26,802 nt of DNA from Amoeboaphelidium protococcarum X5 (Eukaryota; Fungi; Aphelidiomycota), in assembly GCA_023515725.1 (NCBI GenBank), contig JALDTO010000263.1, forward strand, positions 1 through 26,802, written 5' to 3'. The translations under genes were made by a program, and so were the position numbers. Below, in pieces: positions 1-11,644 of the stretch (within the stretch, counting starts at the first letter, position 1; the number at the start of each line of letters is the position of its first letter). The notes under the pieces were generated by a model. It made no database searches. It had not been told where the DNA came from and saw nothing but the letters and a program-made list of their open reading frames with translations.

Positions 1-729
1 GCGATAGACGATCATTCTTGACAGCAGTGAAACGCGTCTATCTTGATAACCTTGGCAACAGTCAGCTCATCTAACAGAAAGATGCACAGGGAACGAACGC
101 GCGGTAGAGTTTGCTATGATATACAAGTACAGTATACTAATGTGGATCAATACTTATAACACGGTGTTATCAGTGTTCTTCTTCTTCATTCTCCTCCAAT
201 ACTAGATTACCAATAGCATGACGAATAGTATCAAATTGCTGCCTGGTAAGAATCGTTTTTGACTATTGTTATGTCCTGACTGAGGTCTGTATTAGCAAGC
301 TCTTACATTGCCTTTCCCATATAAAACTCCCAATTTGATCTTCTCGCGTGTCTGCATTGAAAGCTGATTGCATATTTGTGTTTCTTTCAATACATTCATC
401 AGATAATTAGGAGTCATTATAGGTCATGGCCGTGTGAGGCGGGCGATGTGTGATATTGGTCACTACTAACATGCTGACCTCGCGCGAAGTCTTACAGCTC
501 AAGCCAATTGGAACTTTAATTGTTTGTTTCAGCCCTCCGAATCAAACAATAGGTGTTAATTTGATCGGAGAGTCTGCGCATATTCTTCTGTTGGACTATT
601 GCGTTCTTCTTAACTAATCTATATCTGCAACTGCTCATATTAAATCTGTATCTTGCTTACTGTTTATATCTCTTTACTACTGTACTTCGTCTATATATTT
701 TTAGCTCACGTTATATTCTAATTGTCGCA

Positions 730-2742
730 ATGTTTGAAGTGGTCAAAGATGATAATGGGAAGCTATAACTGAAGATTTCCGCAATGGTATCTATTGGCAA
801 GACTGCTGCTAGCTTTGGTTCTTCCGGTAAAGTGGCGGATGAAAAATGTTTAGTAACAGCCGCCTCTGTCATTAGAACTTTGACTGCTTTGGGACATTAA
901 AAGAATTTGCTGCCATTGGAGGCCGTTTTCCATCATTACAACACGCTTGTGTATCTGAGAGATGGATTAGCCAAGTACAAGCTATATGCCAAGAAGTTCA
1001 ATGAAGATCCATCCCATTTCAGTGCTTTGCAGCTGGTAGAGGAGAAGTTGAACCATCGCCGCTTGTTGTAAAGCTTGGCCACTTTGGGAAGTAAAATACC
1101 AGATATTTCAACTTACGACGAGAAAGCTTTGCGTATCATTGGATTAGATGATTTGATCAAGATTGTGGAGATGCATTACTAGAAAGAGTTTGAGATGGCC
1201 GACTCTTTAAAGGCTGCGGGCAAGACCACATAAAATGCTTTGTTCAGGATATTTCCTCCGGGCGAGGTGGTCGTTGGCTTCTCTCCCACTCTGCCGAATG
1301 TGAAGTTGTGTTATCGCGTGACGGCCAGCCATTATGAAGCGCAGAAGACTTTGTTTGGCTCTAGCAGCTCTTTCCACGTTGGTTTAGAGTTTATCGCTTC
1401 CCTAGGCAGTGAATTTGTATTGCTAGAATATGAAGAGACATTTTCATCTCACGATAATAGTAAAGAGGTGTTTATTGCGGATTTACATGTGCGCCCTGCC
1501 AGCGCTGACGAGAAAAGGGACTTTTTGGAGCGTGGTAAGAAATTTGTACAGTATTCTCTGGGGGCATCTTATCTGAGTTATGCACCAAAGTCCTTTTTCC
1601 CTTTAAAGAGCTATAATGGTCCGCAAAATGCATGGTCTGCAAAAGCCAAGTCTTAAGGTGCGTTGTCTTCTGGTGGCCGCATCATGGTGGATGCTTTAAA
1701 AGGTCTAGAAACTGGGTTCTCCGTCTCCACGGGAGTAATTTCTGTTGATGCGGCTGTCAAGATTGCCTACTCTCGTCTACAGGCAAAGGCTAAAGATAGT
1801 AGTAGCAATAAGACGGCTGATGCGATGAACTTTTCTGCTGGTGATGATTTAAGTTTGTTTAAGGTTGTCCCTGATGCATTTATCCCATATGCATTGCCTG
1901 TGGCCATTGGATTTAGCTTTAACAATAAAGCTTGGGGCCAAGTTTTGGTTGAAGAATGCAGTCCTATCCACTTTAATAAGAATGCTTTCGATATGCTTGT
2001 GATGTCTGAAGAGAGGAAGGAGATGATCAAAGCGCTGATTACCACCCACGAATAGACTACGTTTAGTAGTGTCATTCAGGGCAAAGGTGAAGGTATTTGT
2101 CTGCTTCTCTATGGATCGCCTGGAACCGGCAAAACATTGACTGCGGAGGCCATCGCAGAATATCTGTAAAGGCCGTTATTTGTCGTATCTCTTGGGGATC
2201 TGGGCATAACTCCGTAAGAACTCGAGAGCAGCTTGCAGGCGATTCTCAATTTATGCGAGTCTTGGAAAGCGCTGGTCCTCTTAGATGAAGCTGATGTGTT
2301 TGTTGAGAAGCGCAGCCGCGGAGAGATTTTGCGCAATTCGATGGTTGGCGTCATATTGAGATTGACCGAATATCATCGTGGTGTGATTTTCTTTACTTCC
2401 AATAGAGTTAGTTCATTTGACCCTGCTTTCCAGAGCAGAGTTACTGTTGCCATGAGGTTCAAGTCTTTGGATGCTGAAGACAGGGCAAAGATTTGGAGAA
2501 ATTTGCTTTCGGTTGCCGGTGTTTCGTAGTAGGTGATTGGCACTTTGGACATTTAGCAGCTGTCACGTCACGACTTGAACGGGAGACAGATCAAAAATAC
2601 GGTTTAGCTTGCGCTGGCACTGACGCATCATCGCGGTACCTAGCTGACTTAGCAGGCTTTGGACAGTACGATTAAAATATGCTTGGATTTTACATCTGAT
2701 CTGAACGTGGACGATTTTGAGAATGATTAAAAGACTAATTGA
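730..2742 (+). CDS. AAA+ ATPase of the fungal-type family (670 aa, TAR=Gln, intronless)
   Basis: One frame from ATG730 to TGA2740-2742 joins ORFs 1240, 1663 and 2233 when TAA/TAG are read as Gln. Walker A GSPGTGKT, Walker B LLDEAD, FFTSNR..FDPAFQSR and C-terminal LNGRQIKN are present. Confidence 0.9.
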
Positions 2743-3763
2743 TGAAGGACAGGCAAGTTGTAATTTTATTAATATGTTTTGAATGAATGAAGACTATCGA
2801 TTTAATAAGGGGCAGTCACACTCTCAGTTACTCTCTTCTTGCACGATTTAACAGGTAAGCGTTTGATGCAAGCGCCGCCTGCCTCTCTTTACATTGGCAA
2901 GTGATTTTGTCTCTCTTTATACAAACGAGCTTTTATTTTTATATTTTTGTCCTTACTGATGCTTTGGACTTGATAGTTTTAACGCAAACATCAAAATCTG
3001 ATTATGATGCTGAAGAGCTATCGCGTCGCGGCTTCTCTGTTATTGCGGACACCATGATATTAGTGTTATGTCTAACCAACTACTGTAAACGATAAGATGG
3101 ATTGCCAAGTGCCCATAAGTGCCTTTTTTGTTATAAGATCACACTATATATAGCGTCCTCATTGGGAACACTATCACAGCACGTCCGCCAATTTTCTTGG
3201 TCTCATGAAGCGATTCCATACCTGCTATTGTTTCAATGACTGTAGTTAGTTGGTGTCCGAAAAAGATTGTTGCAATGCTGCTTATACATGTACTAGTACA
3301 TTGGGGATGTTTACATAGTGCCATTGAAGTTTAATCTGTCCCAAAACTTGGCGTCTTTAGAAATTGGTATATGGTACATCTTAGACTCCCATCAAGCTGT
3401 CGATGTCCCGGTAACCAATAATTCGTGTCATAGTTGTTGGCGCCTCCGTCATTCCATGTGTGAAGAAGTGTATCTCTCTTCAATCTCTGCCGAGTTAAGT
3501 TCGATGACGCGAGTTTTTTAAATGTTCTACACTTTCAGTACTTTTCACAGTCGATGAGTGACGAATTATCTCTTATCTTGACTTCCGGCTTATTTGGGAC
3601 CAAATAGAACCCTGCCTTTTTGAATTCGATTTTGCTTTCTGGAAAATTAATAACGGCCCTTTTGTCGGTGCAGCGAGAGCAAGTCGCGCTTCTATCCATT
3701 TTTGTCTGCTTCTTGTTCATAAATCCCTCCAGTATATATCAAAAGCATAGTCTTGTTATAAAT

Positions 3764-4333
3764 ATGACAAATTCTGTCGCTCCTTCTGATATTGAAGGCT
3801 CATAGCCTTAGCTATTGTAACACTAGTAATAATAAGCGGAACAATCATAGTCTGTATCCTCGCCGTAATCCACGTCAAAGAAGAGCCGTAAATTGTAATA
3901 GTAATAGCCTAAAATTAATCTGGATCCAAATGAATAAACGGTCACTCTACCGCTGGCTAGAATTAAAAAGATTATGAATGAAGAGGCTGTGGGAAATGGC
4001 ACTCGGGTGCAAGGTGAGGCTATTGTAGCTGCTGCCGCTTGTACTGAAGTGTGGTTAGATTATTTCATACAGCACATCTATCAGTATACTAAACGCGACG
4101 GTCGCAAGGGAATAAGTTATAAGGATGTTGCGCTGGCTGTGCGTGAAGTTGATTAGTTTGAGTTCTTGGATGATATTGTTCCCATGAAAGTGCCTACATA
4201 ATAAGCTGTAGATGCGCGTAATGCCACCATCCCTCAGTCGCGTTTATAACAGCATCAGTAGCAACTGCAGCAGTAGATTAGCGACGCTGGTGAAGGTGTT
4301 GAGAACGCAGATATTGAAATGAACAAAGAATGA
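3764..4333 (+). CDS. NF-YC/H2A-like histone-fold protein (POLE4/Dpb3/CHRAC15-like)
   Basis: ATG3764 to TGA4331-4333. Motifs LPLARIKKIM and ISYKDVALAVREVD[TAG=Q]FEFLDDIVP, with Gln-rich flanks. Confidence 0.85.
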
Positions 4334-4375
4334 GTCTGTTTATTTGTTATAATGATATTTTCTATATTATCGCTG

Positions 4376-6351
4376 TCAATTACAAATGCCTTGAATTAGT
4401 TTAGCTATGTTCCGCTTATCATCGTCATTACGGTTATAGAATCTCAAATCGCGCAGCTTTAACACTTGCTCAATCCCTCCCTGATCTGCATAGACTGATG
4501 CCAGAATATCTTGAACTATATCCAATACACGTTCTGCATACACTGATGAAGCGTTATCTTTCAAAGATTGAATACATATATCTGTCACTTTTTAAAGTAC
4601 TGATACATCCATAATAGATACATTGACTTGTAAAAGATGCCATTCGAAAGCATTCAGTATCAGTGTTTAAACTGGACCACTCGTTGTATCACAATGATTA
4701 AACACGTCGATCAGCGTGTCGATCATTCCAGAATTACTCATATTCACATACCTTAGAGCATTAACCATGAATGACAATATAGATATAAGATCAGTTGTAG
4801 ATACAGATTAAGCGGATTATCTGAGACGATTCAGACACTGATCAAAGATTTAGGATATCATCTAGCTTTACACAGGCGATAGATCTAATACACTCATTAC
4901 CAATAGTAAGCTTCCTGGTATAATGTTGAATGATCTTATTAATTCACCAGTCTTTTGACACAGTTGAGACACGTGCAACTAGATGATACTCGTTATTTAT
5001 TCAATATCTCTGCAGACGAGAGCCACTAACACCTAATGCGTAGATAGGTCGAGCCGCTCATTTGTCAATATTTTACTTACCAGTCGTCGCAATAAGTGCA
5101 TCTATGTTGGACCATGTACAGCATCATCAGATTGTTCAAACATTTTCAAAATCGTATATGGGTTCTGTGATGTTATAATCTGGATAGCGAGCATGTTCAA
5201 AGCTTCACTTGGAGTCTCGAGCAATAATTTAACGACAACTCTGCATGACTTCATATCCACCTTATCATTTTAGCTGCATCGAATTGCTAGCTGAAGTACA
5301 TGAGCATATGCATCAATATCTGACGAGAATGAGGATAAAGCTAAGAAGCTATTTTTATCGCCACAGATATACTTGCACAAATTTTAGTCATTAGATGTTA
5401 CAATGCGATACAAGCATCGTATCAAAGCTTTACGCGTCCCATTCGACTGAGTCTTGTTCAATAAACTTAAACAAGTTAATGATAGTTTCTTAAGGTCATT
5501 TCTATGTCTGTCAATATCATGATCTTATAGTTACAAAGAGCTATACGCACTAAGCAGGAGCTATAGAATGCTTTCATTGGCGTTAAAATCCATGCCACAT
5601 GCATCCACGAGTCTCACTATAATAGGAATCCATTGCATCTCAAGCGATGCATTTTGATCATCATTTAGTCTGGTGGCTATCATTATACAATTATAACCGA
5701 CTCTCAATCTCAAATTGACCTCTTGATTCTCGATTTAATCAAGAGATATAGAGGACCAAAATTGAGCAATATCAAACACGATTGAGGATAGATTAGACGC
5801 GTCGTATTAAGCCAGACTCTACCTTCCACCATAGCGTAGTACTACACCGAACAACGCTGTCAGATGGAACGTCACATTCAAGTTTGATGATGTGCTATTC
5901 TCAGTTAGCAATCTAAATAAGATATTCATCAGCGTAGCTACACTAAGTATTATCAACATGAGCAGAGTTTGATGCACATTTTACATATCAAGAGCATACC
6001 GTCTTTCAAGATAATCTATAGATTTGACGACGATTCTATGCATAGTTTCAATAAACATCTGAGCGACTATACTTTGGCACTATCATCGTCATACAGAGCT
6101 TCACGATACTCAGCGATATCAGCCAAATTGCAAGTCACATTATCTACGGGCTCCAAAGTAAAAGAGTCTTTCTATTAATTCTTGATCGTTTTGGAAGCCT
6201 TAGATACATTTCTACTCACGAATACTTTCGAACATTAGAAAATCAGCCACTGTTTTGACTATTTAATAACTCACCTTGTTGAAATTGACCATTATGGATC
6301 AATTGCTGAATTTTTTTGATACCTCGATGTTGGCCGTCTAATAGATTCCAT
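4376..6351 (-). CDS. KIFAP3: Highly divergent kinesin-associated protein 3 (KAP3, ARM-repeat subunit of kinesin-II); inferred introns 6212-6274 and 5938-5999
   Basis: DIAEYREALYDDDSAKVQSLRCLLKLCIESSSNLQIILKDATLMNILFRLLTE resembles KAP3 [62 protein letters not shown] resembles SGIIPALIELLN, and KLRDLRFYNRN resembles KIQSEKFRWHN, in the correct order. The gene itself is well supported; the identity is less certain. Confidence 0.62.
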
Positions 6352-6507
6352 TTTAACGTGCAAATGTATAAGGTAGATAAGACATAATTTAAAGGTTAAA
6401 TAAAGAGATTAAAATTTTCAATTCCATCAGCTATATTAATAGCATAGTTACAGTCACTAACATCGTTCAATCAAAATAGCCACCCAAAACGCAGCAATAG
6501 AGCAAGA

Positions 6508-8586
6508 TCAAATCAGAGCCATTGTGTCAATGTTCTTGCTCTTATCGGTGAATGAATAGTCAAACTTTGAGTCAACATTCAGCTTGTCAGTCAGCTCTGG
6601 ATCATTTTAAGGAGACTCGGCAGATAGCGAAATTTACTCAACCTCATCAAGATTGCAGGAAATAAACTGATCCAGATCGACCAAGCTTTTATTGATATGC
6701 TACTTGAACGACGCGACCTGATGAGCAATGTTCTTCAATTCATTCTCCATCTGCAGCTGCTATTAAGAGTACTATCTCTCCAAGGATTCGTATTGCATGG
6801 ACATTTCTCGAGCAGTCTTTTACAGTTCAAACAATAGACGCGACTCTTCCAGACGAGATCTCTTCAGTTCCCGTTCCACATTGTACTTGCTGGCCTGCAG
6901 CGCTTCCACTTCTGCCAACTTATTCTTGTGCAGACTCTAAGCTTACTGGCGCATATCATTAATTTGAGATTAAATTTCATCAATTTGCACTTATAAATCA
7001 TCCTGGCGCGTACAATAATCTTGAATGTCATTCTTCAGCTTAACACTAATGTCTTTAGTCAACCCGCACTGAGTCTTCAACTTGGACTGATGGCTAAGAA
7101 GCATTGAGCGAGTCTTGAATCCCAAATCCATATTCACCATATCTGAGGATTACTTTGCATTGGCATTAAGTTTCAGCAATTGTTGTTGATCTTATTAATC
7201 CCGTTGTTGAATTAAGTTCAACTATTGCATAAACTAGTTGAATTCCAACACACTCTTCTCACACTACACAATAAATGTTCGAATATCAAGTTCTACCACA
7301 TTAAAACGATATAAAAATACCTGCTCCATCTTCTTTTAGAATTAAACTTCAGAATTCCAGACAGAAGCACTCAGCTTTTCACATTTACTATTCAGAGTGT
7401 CCAAATTCTTTTGCAAACTTCTGCGCTCACTATTCATGTTGGCAATATCTTCTGGTGATAGTTCCTGATTTTAAACTTCAGTTTCCAAGTTGGTCTTCTC
7501 TTTCAGTCGATCCTGCAGATCATAATTCTTGTCAGACAATTCCTACTTCAACTCTTTCATCTTGGATTCTAATTAGGAATTTTATCTCTCCTACTTCTTC
7601 ATCTGCTCAATAGCTGATTGCAATTGATTCTCATACTGAGCCTTGTCATTCTACGCTTTGACAACAGGATCTTCTTCATCAAGAAGCATTTAAATCTCCT
7701 GTTCCAACTAAGCATTCAGTGCCTCAATATTGTGCAGTTCTTGAACAGTGTTGGCATCCTTCTCCTGATAATACGCTTCTAAATCCTCATTCAAACTCAG
7801 ATTATCTGTGCCTCCATTGATAAAGTCTTGATAAGCTTTGCACACATACTCATAGAAGAAATGCTCACTTCTATCAATGTCGAGTTCAGTGTACACCTAT
7901 TCCGTGGCTATAATCAACTCCACAATCCAAATGAGTGCGGCAAGAAATAGGGGCCAAGAATTAACACTACCCACGGCAAATAGAGCAGACTTGGAAATCT
8001 AATCTACAAACGGATATTTAATACCACGCAATACCAGAGGCACATCATCTTCAAACTTTTTCGGATTCCATGGATAATGAGGATCTAGCCTGGAGTACAA
8101 AAACTTGAATATCATCTAGAAATCCTTACCGCTAGGTGACGCCAACACTTTAGGACTCAAATCTTTCTCATATCCACATTCATACAGGAAACTTATCAAA
8201 TTCAGGACGGCTGAATTCTACCACTCTTTATCTCTGATACTCCTAGGATCCTTCATAGCATGCTGCGGAGTGGCAAGTCCAATACCAGAGGGACGACCAG
8301 CGTACACACTCTGACGTCTGACTGCAGAATTGGGAACTGCACCTCTGTATCCAATACTCTAACGATTTTCATTCTGATGAAATTACTAATTGTGCCCAAT
8401 ATCCATGTTACCCAATTACTTGGATAATCCAGAGGTGACTTGTTTCGTGACGATTCTCTGAGCAGGTCCCATACTAATTCTGGAAGCCTTCTACGATGTG
8501 GATGGAATTCCATAATCAGCCTCAGATGCAAACTACTCATTCAACCTACTATCAGCTTGCCCCAAAGTCTTTCTCTTCACTGACAT
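6508..8586 (-). CDS. NDC80: Kinetochore protein Ndc80/HEC1; probable intron 7264-7320
   Basis: KDPRSIRDKEWQ..LISFL..GY..SPSGKDFQMIFKFLYSRLDP..KFEDDVPLVLRGIKYPF..ISKSALFAVGSVNSWPLFLAALIW (Ndc80 CH domain), followed by a long coiled coil. ATG8586 to TGA6508. Confidence 0.93.
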
Positions 8587-8701
8587 GTTCACTTCAAGAA
8601 TATATTAAACTAACAACAGCAGAGTTGTACTATAGTATAGACTATACTTTTAGTTGAACCAAGAAGAGAAATAAAAGTGAAACAAAAAGTGGAGATATTT
8701 G

Positions 8702-8707
8702 ACGCGT
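8702..8707. promoter_or_regulatory. ACGCGT (MluI/MCB-like box) about 115 bp upstream of NDC80
   Basis: Exact palindromic hexamer in the short NDC80 upstream spacer; function is inferred only. Confidence 0.25.
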
Positions 8708-8841
8708 TCTGAAACAGCTCCGAAAAACAACAGAAAAGAGCATAGTGAAAGTGTGAGTTCAATTACTACAATTTACTAAAAGTATGACCAACCTATGAAA
8801 GTATTCTCTACTGTGCTGTAAATAAATTATATATTGGAATA

Positions 8842-10908
8842 TCATCGCCGGTAATTTCTATCATTACTGTCGTAATAGTTTTATCGACTGCTACTTTAGC
8901 CACCACGGTCGTGATCACGAGAACGTGACGGCCTATCGTAACGAGATGTAGTTTCACGCTTATCCCAGGTACGCACTTCTTCTTCACTGGGTGGCTCATA
9001 CCTACGCTTTCTTCCGCCATGGTGATCTTCTGGATAGTAGCCACCACTTTCGCCACTTCGCTGACTTTAATCACGACGATCATCGTTACGCTGAGGAGGT
9101 GGCGGACGAGACCTTTCATATTATTATTCACTCTACTGTCTATGATGATAACCTTCCCTACTTCTGCCTTGATATACTTCTCTTTCAGAACGTTGTTATC
9201 TACTATCTTGCCGGTACGATCTTTCTCTTTCTCTTTCTCTCTCCATTTCTATTTCCATGGCATGTCTGCGGCGTCGCTCTTCTTCCTCACGTTGCTACTA
9301 TTCTTAAAGACGACGTCTGCGTTCAGCTTCCTCACGTTCCCTTAATCTTTATGCATCAAGACGTTACTATCGCTCCATATCCTCTCGCCGCCGCCTCTCT
9401 TTTTACTCCTCGGCCAGTCTGAGTTGCCTCTACCTCTCCCGCTCTTTCTAAGCCTTGGCCTCTTCCTCTTGCTTCAACTGCAATAATCTGGCGCGTTCTC
9501 TTTTCGCATGACTGACTTCAATGTACGTGTTCTTGAAAGAAGATACTTCCTGCTCAATAGATTCAGATTACAGCTATAAGGCTGACTAAGAGTCTACATA
9601 CGGACTGGCAGGAGTAACAGGCGTCTAGTAATCATATGCACATGCAGGCGAGAAGCTAATGGAGTGAACATGAGCATGCGTCCAAGTGTTAGTGATAACT
9701 GAGAGGATATGATGCAGACACTCCTCAAGCAAATCCTCAGGCGCGTCGAATGCGAAAGCGACCATACATAGCAGAGATTTATGTTCCATTCCAGGCAACT
9801 TGGATCTGAATAGGGTCGTTATACTGTCGCAATCTTGACTGAATTATGGCAATCGAAGCGATATAAATATATTAGCCAGCGCTATCAAGTGCACAGGATA
9901 GAAAAGACAAACATCACACACGCCAGCGACTTCATCAAGTAAACGCCAACAATACAATGCAAAATCATGCGACACTACACAACAATGATGATAGTAAATA
10001 CAGCGTATAGCAAGGAGAATGTCAACACAGTAGCTTACAGTTCATCTTCTTGATCATTCTGACCATAACAACTTGAGGATGTTAGTACTCGAATAGATAA
10101 TGAACAGTCTCCAACACGTCAACTTCCACAGTGAGGATACGATTTCGCAAATCTTGCATCAACTACAAATATCTAATATAATTCTAGATATTATGCATTG
10201 CTCCCAACTCCATCTTCATGATACTCAGCTATCATCCAGTTGCGCCTGATTATACTGCAGATCCAATGGAATAGAAAAGCATTTTTATCGTATATTCAAG
10301 CTCAAGACTGTATGATGGCTGGGGAGAAGAAGAATATAGGATGCATAACATACACAGAATATTTCGAATAAGTTATATGTAAGTTATTTACAAATAAATA
10401 TATATTACATTTGAATCCACGTCGATATCCTCATATCCAGACTGCTGCTTATACAAAACACCCCATGCACACCTCAAAAAATCTCTACTCTTTTTAACAG
10501 TCTCCTCAGCCTTTGTTGCAATAAATAGACACGTAAGTCCAATGTCCTACACTTTATCAGTCGCATAATCAATATGGTCAATATCATTCAACAACTATGC
10601 ATACTTTTGAGAGAGTCTATGAAGTTTGCGCATTCTAAATTAACTTATTCACAATGTATCGGTGATATAAAGCATGAGCTGACATTATCGTTATCCATGG
10701 ACTACCTGAATACAGTATTATAATGAATGCACTATAATACTAATTACAAAGCTTACAAACTCAATCTGTGACCAACACTTTTAATCAACCTGCTATTGGA
10801 TACTTTGGCCCTCCTAATATCAACAACAGCCTCTTGTGATAGTTTACTCAATTATTCTTAAAGTTCATCGTATTTAAAATATCGCTCAGGTACGTGTTAT
10901 CGACTCAT
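8842..10908 (-). CDS. Transcriptional cyclin (K/L/T class) with Arg/Asp/Ser-rich C-terminus; introns 10702-10756, 10547-10604, 10163-10408, 9975-10038
   Basis: Spliced product reads LSFPWITIMSAHALYHRY, TCLFIATKAEETVKKSRDF, ILTVEVDVLETVHYLFEYQHP and CLFYPVHLIALANIYIA (two cyclin folds), then an RD/RS-like low-complexity tail to TGA8842. Confidence 0.85.
10181..10360 (-). repeat. Imperfect inverted repeat (foldback) inside cyclin intron 3
   Basis: Arm 10321-10290 pairs with arm 10255-10226 (25 Watson-Crick pairs plus 1 G-U over 30 positions, one 2-nt bulge). Outer TTATGCAT (10348-10341) pairs with ATGCATAA (10198-10191). Confidence 0.75.
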
Positions 10909-11012
10909 TTGATATATTTTGCCTTTATCTCTATACCTATTTTTTTCAAGTGGGTGAAAGGAAAAGATTCAAAGTTCTCTCATCTAACAGCGCGAAATTG
11001 GTACCGAAAGCT

Positions 11013-11504
11013 ATGAGTGATGATAATAAAGAATAATTAGTGGATGATGTTTGGAACAGTGAAACGACTAATGTTGAACCGTTTTAATAAGATGACCTGT
11101 ATCCCGATAGAGTGAGAGATTTGTAGAAACACTCCTCGGAATTGTATAAAATTGGATTCAGAGATGGCGTTGATGAAGGCGAGAAAGAGACACTATAACA
11201 GGGATTTAATGATGGCTTCTCGGTCGGTCGCGAAATTGGCATGCTACTTGGAGAATTGAAAGCTACTTTGGAGTATCTGTCATATACATTGGTTGATATT
11301 ACAGATCTCCGGCATCGACTGTAATCACTGCTAAATGACAGAGTTAAATCATTCGATGTCATCCAGTAGATGGCCGCACAGAACGCGCAAATAGAATCTG
11401 TCGACCATGTGCAATTATTATCAGGCGAGAAAACCACGACGATTATCCAAGCGCTGAAACGTGATTTGACGAGCTTACTTTGTGATGCCAAAAATAGACT
11501 TTGA
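11013..11504 (+). CDS. YAE1: Yae1-family protein (Yae1_N deca-GX3 motif)
   Basis: GFRDGVDEGEKETL[TAA=Q]QGFNDGFSVGREIGMLLGELKA; N-terminal DDVW; ATG11013 to TGA11502-11504. Absent from the ORF track. Confidence 0.85.
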
Positions 11505-11644
11505 GGCATTACGTAATGGCACCGATTGATCGATTGGATCCCGGTTTACATTGCCGCCGCTTATCTTCAATTCTTTTTGTCACGTAACAATTATTGATTA
11601 ATCCAGTAAAATTATTATCAATTTTTAAATTAACAGCTTACAAT

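Noticed and set aside
170-640. Short minus-strand ORFs under TAR=Gln (e.g. 472-170, 100 aa)
   Set aside because: No recognisable motif; such lengths are expected by chance with a single stop codon. A small gene cannot be excluded.
5033-5080. Possible third KAP3 intron (GTAAGT...CATTAG)
   Set aside because: It is 48 nt, in frame, stop-free and lacks the GTAG acceptor, so it can equally be coding; not counted among the introns.
8808-9422. ORF-track entries 8808-9131, 8991-9422 and 9019-9345
   Set aside because: Shadow frames of the low-complexity cyclin tail.
10163-10408. TPP riboswitch or SECIS in the cyclin intron
   Set aside because: No CUGAGA or TPP core motif in the right order, and the host gene is neither thiamine-related nor a selenoprotein.
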